Source: Epiperipatus broadwayi (taxonomy: Eukaryota; Animalia; Onychophora). Taken from it: 64,000 nucleotides of DNA. The DNA lies in assembly GCA_028023455.1 (NCBI GenBank), contig JAQFVV010000007.1:434001-498000 (forward strand), in the 5' to 3' direction. Both the position numbers and the translations under genes were made by a program. Positions 51,754 through 64,000 of the stretch are shown here, one piece after another (positions within the stretch are counted from its first letter, which is position 1; the number at the start of each line of letters is the position of its first letter). The notes under the pieces were generated by a model. The model did no database searches, was not told where the DNA came from, and worked only from the letters and a program-made list of their open reading frames with translations.

Positions 51754-53033
51754 TGGTTGTCGTCGATGAGCAACCATATCCCACTGGATGGCGCAGTTAT
51801 CACACTAAAACTATAAAATATGATCATTCATGGGCCATTAATTATAATCATTTTGATGTGTTTTTTGTAATGCAAAAATAAAAACAAACGAAAATCGTCT
51901 TTTTTAAATACTATTTAATTTTAAATATTATTTTTTATTAACGTATACAAATTAAATGATAATAATAAATGTAAAATAAAATAAACAAATTACAATTTGA
52001 TTCATCTTTTTTAGTTTTCTTTTTATTAGAAAAATCAATTTTCTATCGGAGATTTTTTTACTGGGGTTACGGCTTTTTTTTTTGTTGTTTACCGCTATTT
52101 TTTATTTCAAATAGAATGACAACTAAAAGTAAAAGTTGTTATGGTTAATTTTAGGGTTAGTTTTAGGGTTATCTTTAGGGTTAGTTTTAGGGTTAGTTTA
52201 GAGTTAGCTTTAGGGTTAGTTTAGGGTTAGTTTTAGGGTTAGATTTAGGGTTAGTTTTAGGGTTAGGTTTACGGTTAAAATAAAAAATATCAAAATCGTA
52301 TTTTTGTAAATATTTTTTTTTACTAACATCTATAAAATAAATGATAACAATAAATGTAAACTATATTCAACAAAGTATAACAGTAGTCGGAGAAAAGAAA
52401 GAAACTAAAACTTTTTTAAACAATGACAAATATATATATATATATAAAATGTTTATAATATATGCTTTTTATGACATCTAAAAAAACAGTGTACAATTAT
52501 ACTTTTCTTACTGGATATTTTTGTGTTAACGCTCTTTTATTTCAAAAGTATACACATGGTACAATCTTAAAATGTCTCATGGAAATGTTATGAACAGTAC
52601 GTTACTTGATGTGTTACCTAATTCCAATTCACTTTATACATATATCTCGTCAACATTTATTACTTATAACTTCAATACACTATGGTGTAAAAAATCTGTT
52701 AATTATTACTTTACAAAATCTGAACATTTCAATACTTTACAATAAAAAAAAACCAATGAAAATAACATTTCTATCCAATTCAAAAAAACACACCCTCTCC
52801 CCAAGCCGTAACCATTTTATAAACTGTGCGAATTGGGAAAATGTATTTGCTGCATAAACATACATGCTGTACTGCGACGCGACATAGCGTGCTGCAATCT
52901 GTAGTACAACAAAAAAGTTGTATTATAGAAAACGCGGGTTCGAATGTATCGGCTGCGGAAATGGCATTTTTATGTGTTTTAGTGCGAAAACAGCGCCATT
53001 CAGTGGGATATGGTGGCTCATCGACGACAAACA
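51754..53033. mobile_element. ~1.28-kb non-autonomous TIR element (family unassigned)
   Basis: ~41-bp terminal inverted repeats (ttgtcgtcgatgagcaaccatatcccactggatggcgc / gcgccattcagtgggatatggtggctcatcgacgacaa); internal IR ggttacggctt / aagccgtaacc; CpG-rich; attttt on both flanks. Confidence 0.7.
52143..52276 (+). repeat. Telomere-like minisatellite (TTAGGGTTAGTT)n, ~11 units
   Basis: Nine TTAGGG plus one TTAGAG at 11-12 bp spacing. Confidence 0.9.
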
Positions 53034-53499
53034 ATTTTTTTTTATTTAAGCAATATTTTATTTTCAGTAATAAGAATTTGTGCATAGAAATTAAATTTAT
53101 CAAATACTGTTTTGCTAAATTAAAATTAATTGCAAATAAATTATATATTTTTTAAAATTTTTCTACTGCTACTATTTTCTACCATTAAAATCATTTTTTT
53201 AAATAGTCCCTGTAATTTAATACAAATAACTTGTTTTCTTTATGTGATTTGATAAAATTACCTTTTTATTATATTTCCTTCTTTTATTGTCAGTATATTA
53301 TATTTTGAAATTTTTTCTTGTTATTTATATTATTATCCTATATCTATTATTAATTTTAAATATCAGATTATATATTTCATTTAAAAATTTTCAAACTATT
53401 TCAAAGCTTATATTTTTATTTTCAAAATAATCTATTTTATATTTTTATTCTATATATTTCTACATTTCTTGTTCCAATAATATTTACTTTAGTCTCTTT

Positions 53500-54400
53500 T
53501 GTAAGGTAAAACAAAAACTATATTCCTAAAATCAGGCAATACAACTTTGTGGATTAAATACTCCCAAAAAAATTCATTAGTTTTTTTTAAACTAACACAT
53601 CATTATTACATTTTAACAATTGGCCAGATATCTCATTAAGATCTGCAGACTTTATGATTTTATATTCATAAATTACATTTTTAATTTTATTAAACTGAAA
53701 ATATTTGCCTGATTCTAAATAAATATGTATTTTAATTATATAAAAATCATCATCACAATTCTTTTATCATTATTAAAAATTGAGCAAAAGTGTTCCTCCA
53801 CCTGTTCAAAATTCTATCATTATTATATAAAATAGGATCATGCATAGATTTAATAATATTAGATAATTTTTACATCCATGTGCTACTTTTAATGTGTCAA
53901 CAAATATCTGAAGTGACCTTGTTCACCAAATTACTATCTTCTAAGCTACTTTAATTTAGCAAACTTTTGTCTTTAAATTTCTATTGCTTATGAAGCCCCA
54001 CACATTCAATTTATTATTCTACTAAAATGCACAGATTTTCCAGAAGTATTGTAATTATTTTTAGAAAAACAGGCAAAATTATTTTTTAGTGATCCTATAA
54101 AATAAACTTTTAACTAACTACAACATACTCCTTAAGATAATTCCATATCTCAATAACATACCAATCTTAAAAATCCAAATTGCAAATGTTAGGTATTAAA
54201 TAGTTGTTGAAATTTAGCACAAATAATGCATGTTTCTGAAGATTATATAGGACCTATTTTGAATGTATTATACATTTTGTCTTGGAGCATACTAGTTAGT
54301 AATCTGTTCAACAATATATTTTGCTACATGCATTATTGTCCTTCAAAATTACAATATTTTTGTTATAGATTTAAAAGAATTAATTATTTGGTTTAAACTT
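53500..54400 (-). mobile_element. Possible decayed Tc1/mariner transposase relic
   Basis: Minus-strand LNVWG (53996-54009) followed by KSADLNEI (53629-53652), resembling VMVWG and SPDLNPIE in the expected order; many stops. Confidence 0.35.
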
Positions 54401-54798
54401 TTAGTTGGTATTATTTTTTAAAATGAACATATTGTACCAACAATTACTGCATATATTTGCAAATCATTTATTTATTTGAATTTATTAATATTCTGATTAA
54501 GACATTTAAAAATCGTAATAATTTAATTTTTAATGTTAATATAAAGTTTGTTTGAAAAAAATATTCAAATTACAGAAATTTTATAATAAACAAATATTAA
54601 TTAATAATTTTAAATAGTATTGATTAAATTGTAATAAGAAATTGCTTTAACCTGAAAATAGAAACTATGATTAATGAATAAAGAAAATATTGTAATATTT
54701 AATGTTTAGTAATCCATATTTTTAATCAAATGTTTTATATAATTCCCAGATAGAGATAGATTATTTTCATTGGATATATATATATATATATATATTTT

Positions 54799-54858
<60 letters not shown>

Positions 54859-55414
54859 GATAGATATCAAAACAGTTCCCAAAAAAGAATTTAATGTAAG
54901 TATTTATTATAGATTTAATTTTGCTAATTAGTTTTGTAATATTGATCTTTTATATGTTTGTGTACATATATAAATCTTTTTGTCATAATATGAATCATTA
55001 CTTTTTGTATGTGTGTGTGGGTGAGAGAGTTATATGATATGTTTGTTACAAAACAAGTAGTAATACAAGGTTAATTCGCAAATAATAATAAAACGCTAAT
55101 TTACAAGAATGATAATGTTAAAAACTTCTGCTTAGAAAAATAATGAGTAACATGAATGGACATAATGAATTAGCCAACTGTTTAAATGTTGGTATTAATT
55201 TTTATTTATTTTAATATATCTCATCTTTTTTTAATCATTTCTTTTCCTATTAAATTCATAAATTAATATTGAAAAAAATATTTTTTTACCATTTAATAAT
55301 TTGACTTTTTTCCTCGAAGTTTCTATATATTTTTTGTAAGTATAGTTGCCATTAACTTCTTGATATTGTAATTATATTTTGTGAGCTTTATTGCTTTAAT
55401 TTATTTATTTTTAC

Positions 55415-55466
<52 letters not shown>

Positions 55467-55471
55467 TGAAA

Positions 55472-55517
<46 letters not shown>

Positions 55518-56435
55518 TTTCATTAATGCTCTGTGGGTTTTAGTGCAATGATAAACTGATAAACTCAAAAACCAAAGTTTTTGAATAAAATATTAATCTG
55601 TCACTTCTAATGCTTGAATGTCACATGTCTTTCTGAACACTAATCCTTTGATCACTTTTTAGAGCTTAACTTAAAGAGATGCAGACTTTAAGCAATACAA
55701 TTTTTTTTTTAATTTTGCTTTTCTAAATTAATAATAGTATATTATTCTAGTCTAAAATGAAATTACTTTGTGCTTAGCACCAAAATTGAATTCATTTTAT
55801 CCTGAGAAAAGTATATTTTATGTTGAACAAATTATTTTTGTTAAATCAGATAGTTTGACTTGGTAATATTTAATTTCACAAATTTCTATTTAAAATTAAA
55901 TAATTTTAGTATTTTAGCAAATTGTTGATGTAGCAACATCAAACATTCTTTCCTTAAAACAAACTTTACTTTTAAAATGTCATTCTTCCATACTTTTCTG
56001 GTAATAAACTCATAAATAATAGTATTAACTCTATAAAGTATCCATTTTTAAAAGTCTTCACAATAAATATTTAACAAAAGATTTTTAATACACTCTGATA
56101 AAGATAGCAATGTAACAATGTTCTTTGTTAATTAAATTTTATATCAATTTACATCCTATTTATATCTAATTTTAATGATTTTTTTTATCTAAGACAAAAA
56201 TAATAATAGTATTGCAATTAAAAAACTTATTTTTAATTCTTGATAAGAATATCAACATTAATATTTACTTAACTTTATACTTCTATAAAGATTTTAATTA
56301 TGATGATGCTAATATTTAGCTGATAACATTAAAAAACTTAAAATTATTATTACTATAATAAAAATAATAATATTTGTAAATATCAAAGACATTGACAATT
56401 TCTATTTTTTAATCACCAAAAATGTTAATAACTTT

Positions 56436-56992
<557 letters not shown>

Positions 56993-57651
56993 ATAATAAT
57001 GTAACTGATAATATTAAAAATGAGGAGTTTTTATTAAATGAATTGAGATTCGGAATTTAGAATTTGAATTAAAAAGTAATAATGATAGAAAAATGGAGAA
57101 TACTTATAAGTATAATGAATGAGGTATTATTAGAAATGTACAAGATAAATATAGGGATTTATTATTTTTAAAAGGTAATAAACATCAAGTGTAATTATTT
57201 TAAATAAGAATGAATGATGTTTTTTTAGAAGATCAAAATAAACTTGGTAAGTTTAAAGATTATAATGTTTATAGGTTTTAAATATTCAGAAATAATAATA
57301 AATATAAAATATTATTTTTTAAAAGAAGAATGAGTAAGGAAATAATAAATATTATATGATTTAAAATTAAAAGAAATTTAGTTACTAATCTGTAATGTCA
57401 CCTGCCATTATTAATTAAGTTAAACAATCAAGAATGTGCAGTGTAGAACATTCTGTCTAATATAGAAGAGTTTTAGTTAGAAAACTGTCTTACACCATAC
57501 TTTATAGCTATGCATTTTATTTTGTGTTAAAGTTGTTAATAAATCTATTTTTTGTTACCAAATCTGTTGGAGAATTATATTAAGTTGACACTTACACGTC
57601 AAATTGGTGCAGTTGAACAGGATCTCTAAAAACAGTTTTTGGAATGAAAAA

Positions 57652-58311
57652 ATGGCTGCCATGATACAACTAAGAATAGGAGAATTCGATATTGAAAATC
57701 CCAGTAATTGGCCATTATATGTAAAACTGGTTGAAAAACACTTTTTGATAAACAGTGTTAAGCAAAATGACATTAAAATTGCCGCACTTCTAGGTTTTGC
57801 AGGAATCAAGGTTTTAGAAGTTGCTAACCAGTTATGTGAACTTGTTGAACCAGAAACTGTACAATACGATGATGTGGTTGAAAGATTAACTTTAGAGTTC
57901 TGCCCGCTACCATCGAAGCACATCACTAGACTACACTTTTGTTTACGATATCAAACAAAAAATGAAACCTTCAAGGAATATGATTTAGCCCTGCATGAAT
58001 TAGCTAAAAATTGTGTTTATGGTCAATATTTAGAAGAGGCACTCCTTGAACAGTTGCTACTCAGATTATACAACATTAAATTTTGTGGACAATTACTTGC
58101 GGACTCGAATATTACATATATAGAAGCCATTAAAAAGGGAATAGCCCATAAACTAGTAATAGAACAGGCAAAAGATTTTATGAATAATGTGTCACCTCAT
58201 ATATTTTATCATCCAATTCAGAAAAATGCTGAACAAGATGAGGATTGTAACTATAACCGTGTATGTTTCCACTGCAAAAAAAATGGACATGTTGAACACA
58301 ATTGTAAATAA
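57652..58311 (+). pseudogene. Gypsy gag with CCHC zinc knuckle
   Basis: MAAM...GEFD...NWPLY...LHELAKNC...CFHCKKNGHVEHNC, ending in a premature stop. Confidence 0.88.
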
Positions 58312-58421
58312 CTGTGTGAAACACGAGGAACCCTAGCGAGAGATTCTGGAAAAAAAACAACTAAAAAGATTGATACGAGATCAAAACACTGAAAAATTCA
58401 GAATCAGAATTTAAACAAACT

Positions 58422-61100
58422 GTGTGCATCGAAGGAAAACATTGTAAAATGGAAATTAATAGCAACTCCAGGGTTTCTTTCATGTCTCTAAAGGATTGGA
58501 AATCTATTTTTAAAAATAAGACTAAAAAAAAAATAGTGCATACTGAAGTTTGCGCAACAGATGTTAATGGAAATAAAGTCGAAATTATTGGAAAGGTTAT
58601 GGTCAAAGTCAGTTTGAACTCAAACAAAGGAGTTTTACCATTATATATATTACATAAAAATATAAAACCCTTAATGGGCAGAAACTGGTTCCATTCTTTG
58701 GGGATTAGGATTAATATGATAAAGAAAATAGATATCGGAAATGAAATGCAGATTAAATTCCCATCACTTTTCACTAAAAATTTAGGACAAATGAAAACAA
58801 AGCCAAAACAACTAGAGTTAAAAGAAAACGCAGTACCAGTAATTTGCAAGACTAGAAAAATACCATTTGCACAACACATTAAAGTTGAGGAAAACCTAAA
58901 TGACCTATTACAAGAAGGCATAATAAGCCCAATTGAAAACTCAGACTGGGCTACACCAATTGTGGTGGTAAACAAACCAGATGGTAAAATACGTATTTGC
59001 AGAGACTATTGAAAACTCAGACTGAGCTACACTAATTGTGGTGGTAAACAAACCAGATGGTAAAATACGTATTTGCAGAGACTATCATGGAACAATAAAC
59101 AAAAATATCTGCAAGAGTGTATACCCAGTTCCAAATACAAGAGAGGTCCTGGCCTGTTTAGAGAAGGCTTCACATTTTGCAAAACTCAACCTCCAGTCTG
59201 CATTTCATCAAATACCAGTAAGTGAAGAAACTGTGAGAATGTTAACAATAACCACTCACTTAGGATTATACAAATACAATCGACTTCCTTTTGGAATAAC
59301 TGTTGCTCCAAACTTTTTTCAAGTAAAGATGGATATCTTAGTTAAGGGTTTAGCAGGAATCATTCCATATTTTGACAACATCCTCATCACTGCAAACTCA
59401 GAAGAAGTCTTCAAGAATAAAGTCACTCAAATGTGTCAAAGATTGAAAGAATTTGGAGCAACTCTTAATATTAACAAATGTGTATGGAATACACAGAAAC
59501 TAAAATTTCTAGGCCACATTATATCCGAACAAGGAAAAATCCCAGCACCAGAGAAAACAAAAGCAGTATATAATGCTCCCAAACCTACAAACACCAAAGA
59601 ATTACAAGCATTTTTAGGGCTTATTAATTATTTTGACTCCTTTCTAAAGGGAAAAGCACATGTGGTCCAACCATTATTTGACCTTTTGAAGAAGAATCAA
59701 GTCTGGAAGTGAACATCAGAGCATGAAGATGCCTTTAAGAAGGTTAAATCTTTTTTGATGTCTGAGAAACTTTTAGTACACTATGATTATAAAGCAGATT
59801 TATGCCTGACAACAGATGCATTAGGTGTGGTGCTAAGTCACCCAATCCCAAGTGGTGAGAGATCTATAGCCTATGCTTCAAGGACCCTATCTAATGCTGA
59901 GAGAAACTACAGTCAGATAGATAAGGAGGCACTGGCAATGTTTTATGGAATTAAAAAGTTCCACCAGTATGTATATGGGCAAAAATTTGCCATAACTACA
60001 GACCACAAAACTTTGTTGGGAATATTCACTAAAGTAACCTCTATTCCAGATCACCTGAGTCCCCAAATGATATGCTGGATATCAATACTCTCAGGTTATG
60101 ACTATGATTTAAATTACAGAAGTGGGAAGTTGATCCAATATGCTGATGCACTGTCTAGACTGATGCTTCAGAATGAATCAGACCTACCATAGAAGTAAAC
60201 TATATCGACCAGTAGAAGAATAAAACAATGAACAGTAGAAGTGTATCAGACTGGACCAACAATGAAACAGCTTACCAAATTCTGAAGAACTGGATCAGGG
60301 AAGGCTGGCCTAACAAGAAACCAGATAATCTACCAATGTTTTTCTGGAATGTATGTATGCAATTGTCAATCTGCAAGGGATGTGTTCTAAATGATGATAG
60401 AGTAGTAATACCTTCACAAGGACAAAAACAGGTTCTAGAACTACTTCATAGTAGCCGTCCAGGAATAGTGCACACCAAAGCATTAGCCAAAAGTTATGTT
60501 TGGTGGCCAAGGTTAAATGAAGATTTAGAAACTTACACAAAAGAGTGTACTGATTGCCAAACAAACAGCAGACTGAACATAAAGGAATATAGCCAGTGGC
60601 CACCAGCTACAGGGGCCTGGAAATGTATACATATTGATCATTCTGGTCCTTTTATGAGACATATTTTTCTAGTTTTAGTCGATGCCTACTCACACTGGAT
60701 TGAGTATAGAATTGTTAAAAATACTGGGATGGATGAAACAATCAAGCAATTGACATCCATTTTTGCAACACAAGGATATCCAGAGATCTTAGTTTCAGAT
60801 AATGGTTCTGGTTTTTCTTCATCTAAATTTAAAAACTTCCTGATACACAGAGGTATCAGACATCTTCATACACCACCATACGACCCAGAAAGCAATGGCC
60901 TGGCTGAGAATGCAGTAAATCAACTTAAAGTTGCATTGAGAAAGCAAAAATCCATGAGGATGCTAGATGCTTAAAATCAGATTCTTTTACAACAACATTC
61001 TATTCCAACCGCTGCTAGCGGAAAGACTCCTGCCAAACTTTTTCTGAAAAGAAAGCTACAGACCAACTTAACTTTACTTTTACCCGAACCAACAAGAGAA
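58422..61100 (+). pseudogene. Gypsy pol (protease, RT, RNase H, integrase), broken by stops and frameshifts
   Basis: MEINSNS (catalytic D lost), WATPIVVVNKPDGKIRICRDY, KLNLQSAFHQI, YFDNILI, TTDALGVVLSH, ERNYSQIDKEALA, H..PGIV...WWP, HIDHSGPF, VSDNGSGF, PPYDPESNGLAENAV. Confidence 0.92.
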
Positions 61101-61109
61101 AATAATCAT

Positions 61110-63419
61110 AAAGTTTAAGTTTATAAAGAATAGAGATAATTAGTAGATTGTTAATAATAATGAAATAGATTATATATTTAGAAAAAAAATTTTCCTTGAA
61201 TGTATATATGTATAAAGTTAGGAATATACATGTATAATTTATATTTATTTTCTATTTATGTTGTACATTTTATATTAATTGTTTTATTTGGGCTTGATTA
61301 TTTATTTCAGTTTTTTTAATATATATATATTTTATGTTGTTTTTAGTCGTTTATTGTTTTAATTTTTTATGGGGTTATTATATAGTTATGTTTTTTATTT
61401 TATTTTGTACATTATATCATAGCTCTGAAGAAGACTGCAGGTCAGTCGAAATGTAGGTGTATGTATATGTACAAATAAAGAGTTTTGCTAAAAAGTGTTT
61501 GAAGCTGTTTGGATAAATTGTATTTAAAGAATGAATATAATAAAATAATGTTATTTTTATTAAATGAGGAGTGTTTTGAAAAAAATTAATAAAAATGAGA
61601 GCATGTCAATGGATAAAAGGATTAATAAAATAATAATAATGAATAAAAAAGGTTATATGGAAAAATCAGATATGTTTAAAATGTGCAAAAATTTATGGAT
61701 TACCTAATATTCATAAACAAGGAATTCCAATGGAACCAATTATTAGTAGTTGTAATATTTATTATGAAAATATTTTGAAATGGATTTGTAGTAATATTTT
61801 TTTAAAATATATAACATTATTTGAAAAAAATTGTGCCAATAATTCTACACAGTTTATTAGTCAATTAAGGAATTTTTTAGATAATAAAGCTTTTAAAAAA
61901 TTATTTTTTTTGTAAAATTAGATATAGTTAATATGTATACCAACATTGATCCAGAGGTTGCTATTAATAATATTATAGATTTATATATAAAAGACAAAGA
62001 GGTCAAATTAAAAATAGGTTTTCATTCATATGAGATATTAATGATTTGTTGTAGAGATCTTATTTTTAAATATAAGAATGATTTTTATAAACAAAAAGAG
62101 GATTTAAATATGGGTAATAGTCTAAGTGGTTTTTTTTGGCAGGAGTATATATGTATAATTTTGAATGACAATATTTTGTTGATAGTAAAAATAAACCAAT
62201 TTTTTATGTTATGTATGTCGATGATTATTTTATGGTTTTTAACAGTAATAAAAGAAAGGCAGATAATTTTTTGAAATACATTATTAATAAAGAGGAGAAA
62301 ATTAAATTTACTATGGAGAAGAAAATATTAATGTTATTAAATATATGGATGTTAAGATTATTAAAAAAAATGGTAATAATAATAGTTATTGTAGAAGCTT
62401 CTGTATATAAAAAAACATTCTTTATATTATTAAATAATTGTTTATCAGATATTGCTAAACATAGTAAAATAAATATTATTAATAATAAAATTCTTAGAGC
62501 AATTAAATTATGTTCAAATAATGATTTGTTTAAAAGTGAGATTAATATAATAAAGCATGAGTGATTTGTAAATGATTATTCTAGAGTTATTATTAAACAT
62601 TTATTTTCTAATAAAAATATTGATAAAATAAAGAAAAGAATAAGATTAAATAAGAATAAAAAAGAAAATTTATATTGGTTTCAATATATCCAAAGATTTT
62701 TTTTTTGTTAAAATTAGAAAATTATTTAAAATGATTAATAAGAAATATAATGTTTTTATTTATCCAGCTTATAAAAAAATAAAAAAAAAGTTTATTTTTT
62801 TTATTAATAATAATAGAGAATGTAATAATTTAGAGGTTATGAATTCAGTTCACATAATAAAATGTTTGAATTGTTTTAAAAAAAATATAGAGATATCATA
62901 TGTTGTGACTATAAAAAATAAATTGGAAACTAGATTAAAACAGTATTTAAGTGATAAAAATTTTGTTATTTACAATAATATGAATAAATTTAAACATAGA
63001 GATTTTGAAATAAAACCTTTAGAATGTATAAAGTAATACCATAAAAGAATGATGAAGGAAGGAATTTACATTAGTGAAGTTAAACCTGAATTAAATAGGA
63101 TGTTAATAGAAAAGAAAAAAGAAAATAATAGGCCTGTTAATTAAATATTTTAAGGTATTTTTTAATGGGTATGTAAATGTAAAAAATTTGATTAAGTTGA
63201 GATTGTTTGTAATAAAAAAAGGTGTTGAGGTAAAGAAAAATTTTAGTGTGTTTTAATACTTTTTGCATTTGTTTGAAAAATGTGATATTTGTTATTATAT
63301 ATTTGTATCTGTGTTTTTTATTACTTTTTAGTATTTCTTGAAAAAGACTATATAAAATAGTCAAAATGTTGGATATATTTAGTTTTAAAAAAATGTTTGA
63401 TGTATTCATTGACATATAT
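61110..63419 (+). mobile_element. Old, very AT-rich Penelope-like element (pLTR-ORF-pLTR)
   Basis: EPIISSCN, MYTNID, FKYKNDFYKQ...MGNSLSG, MYVDDYF, IKFTMEK, IKCLNC...ETRLKQY; hammerhead-like motifs at 61425-61455 and 63337-63370. Confidence 0.8.
61425..61455 (+). ncRNA. Best-preserved minimal hammerhead core in the window
   Basis: CTGAAGA-A-GACTG-caggt-CAGTC-GAAA-tgta: intact boxes and a perfect 5-bp stem II. Confidence 0.65.
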
Positions 63420-64000
63420 GGTAATTTATGAACTATTTTGAAAAGAAAAAATGGGTTGATGATATTTTGAATTCATTAACAACTTTAATATTAATAACCA
63501 AATTGCTTCTACACATGTCACTAATAATTTAAAATGTAATTTTCAAACCTGATATAAAATACTTTTGTTTATTTAATTTACACAAGAGAGAGATTCAATT
63601 ACACTCAGATGCTACAAATTTATATTTTTTCACTTATTTTGCAATAAAATCTCTAAAAAAATATTTCTTTATCAAATCACCATATATCAATTCTCAATAT
63701 TCCACAGATGAATTTATTGACTTTTTTAATTTTATTTTCTTCGCTTTCTGTGAAGAAATTTCTGATTCCTAAAGTTCAATAGTAATAAACCTTAGTCTAT
63801 CTCCAAATATGTGAACCAATTATATTTTCCTATTTGGTTATACATCAAATAATCAAATAAATCCTTCAAAGAAATTGCCACCATATTATGGTTTAAAAGT
63901 GTAATCTTTTATAGTAGGAACCATAATTTTAAAATTAATTTTTTTGAATTCAGACTCAAGCTGAAACTTATCAAAATTATTAATAATTTTTAAAGAGAGA

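Larger units (their letters stand above)
57391..61110 (+). mobile_element. Ty3/Gypsy LTR retrotransposon (Mag/K02A2.6-like), 3'-truncated
   Basis: Putative ~210-bp 5' LTR from tgtaatgtc (57391), TGG-initiated PBS-like tggtgcagttgaacagg near 57605, then gag, PR, RT, RH, INT; no 3' LTR found. Confidence 0.9.

Noticed and set aside
52143-52276. True telomere
   Set aside because: Only ~130 bp, 12-bp unit, internal to a TIR element with ordinary sequence on both sides

Overview
Very AT-rich eukaryotic DNA (invertebrate, probably arthropod; species not identifiable from sequence alone), made almost entirely of nested and decayed transposons. The only candidate host gene feature is one coding exon (49591-49884). 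Main elements: (1) a full-length RTE LINE with a 10-bp TSD and an HDV-like ribozyme fold at its 5' end, plus a truncated second copy; (2) two decayed Mag/K02A2.6-type Ty3/Gypsy elements; (3) a gag-only LTR element with ~1.8-kb LTRs, PBS and PPT (26806-39562); (4) a 5.4-kb ORF-less foldback DNA element inside it, with an 8-bp TSD and arms built from ~528-bp tandem units; (5) two Penelope-like elements (PLEs) with inverted 3' ends and hammerhead-like motifs; (6) a TIR element carrying a TTAGGG-rich array. The most striking unexplained pattern is a set of mutually non-homologous palindromic insertions sharing one architecture: a 9-15 bp direct repeat, an inverted repeat, a one-sided unique tail (often 33-35 bp), and the direct repeat again. 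The RT-bearing PLEs show the same layout and one short insert carries a hammerhead fold, which suggests PLEs generate MITE-like hairpin insertions. All alignments were done by eye and identities are approximate.
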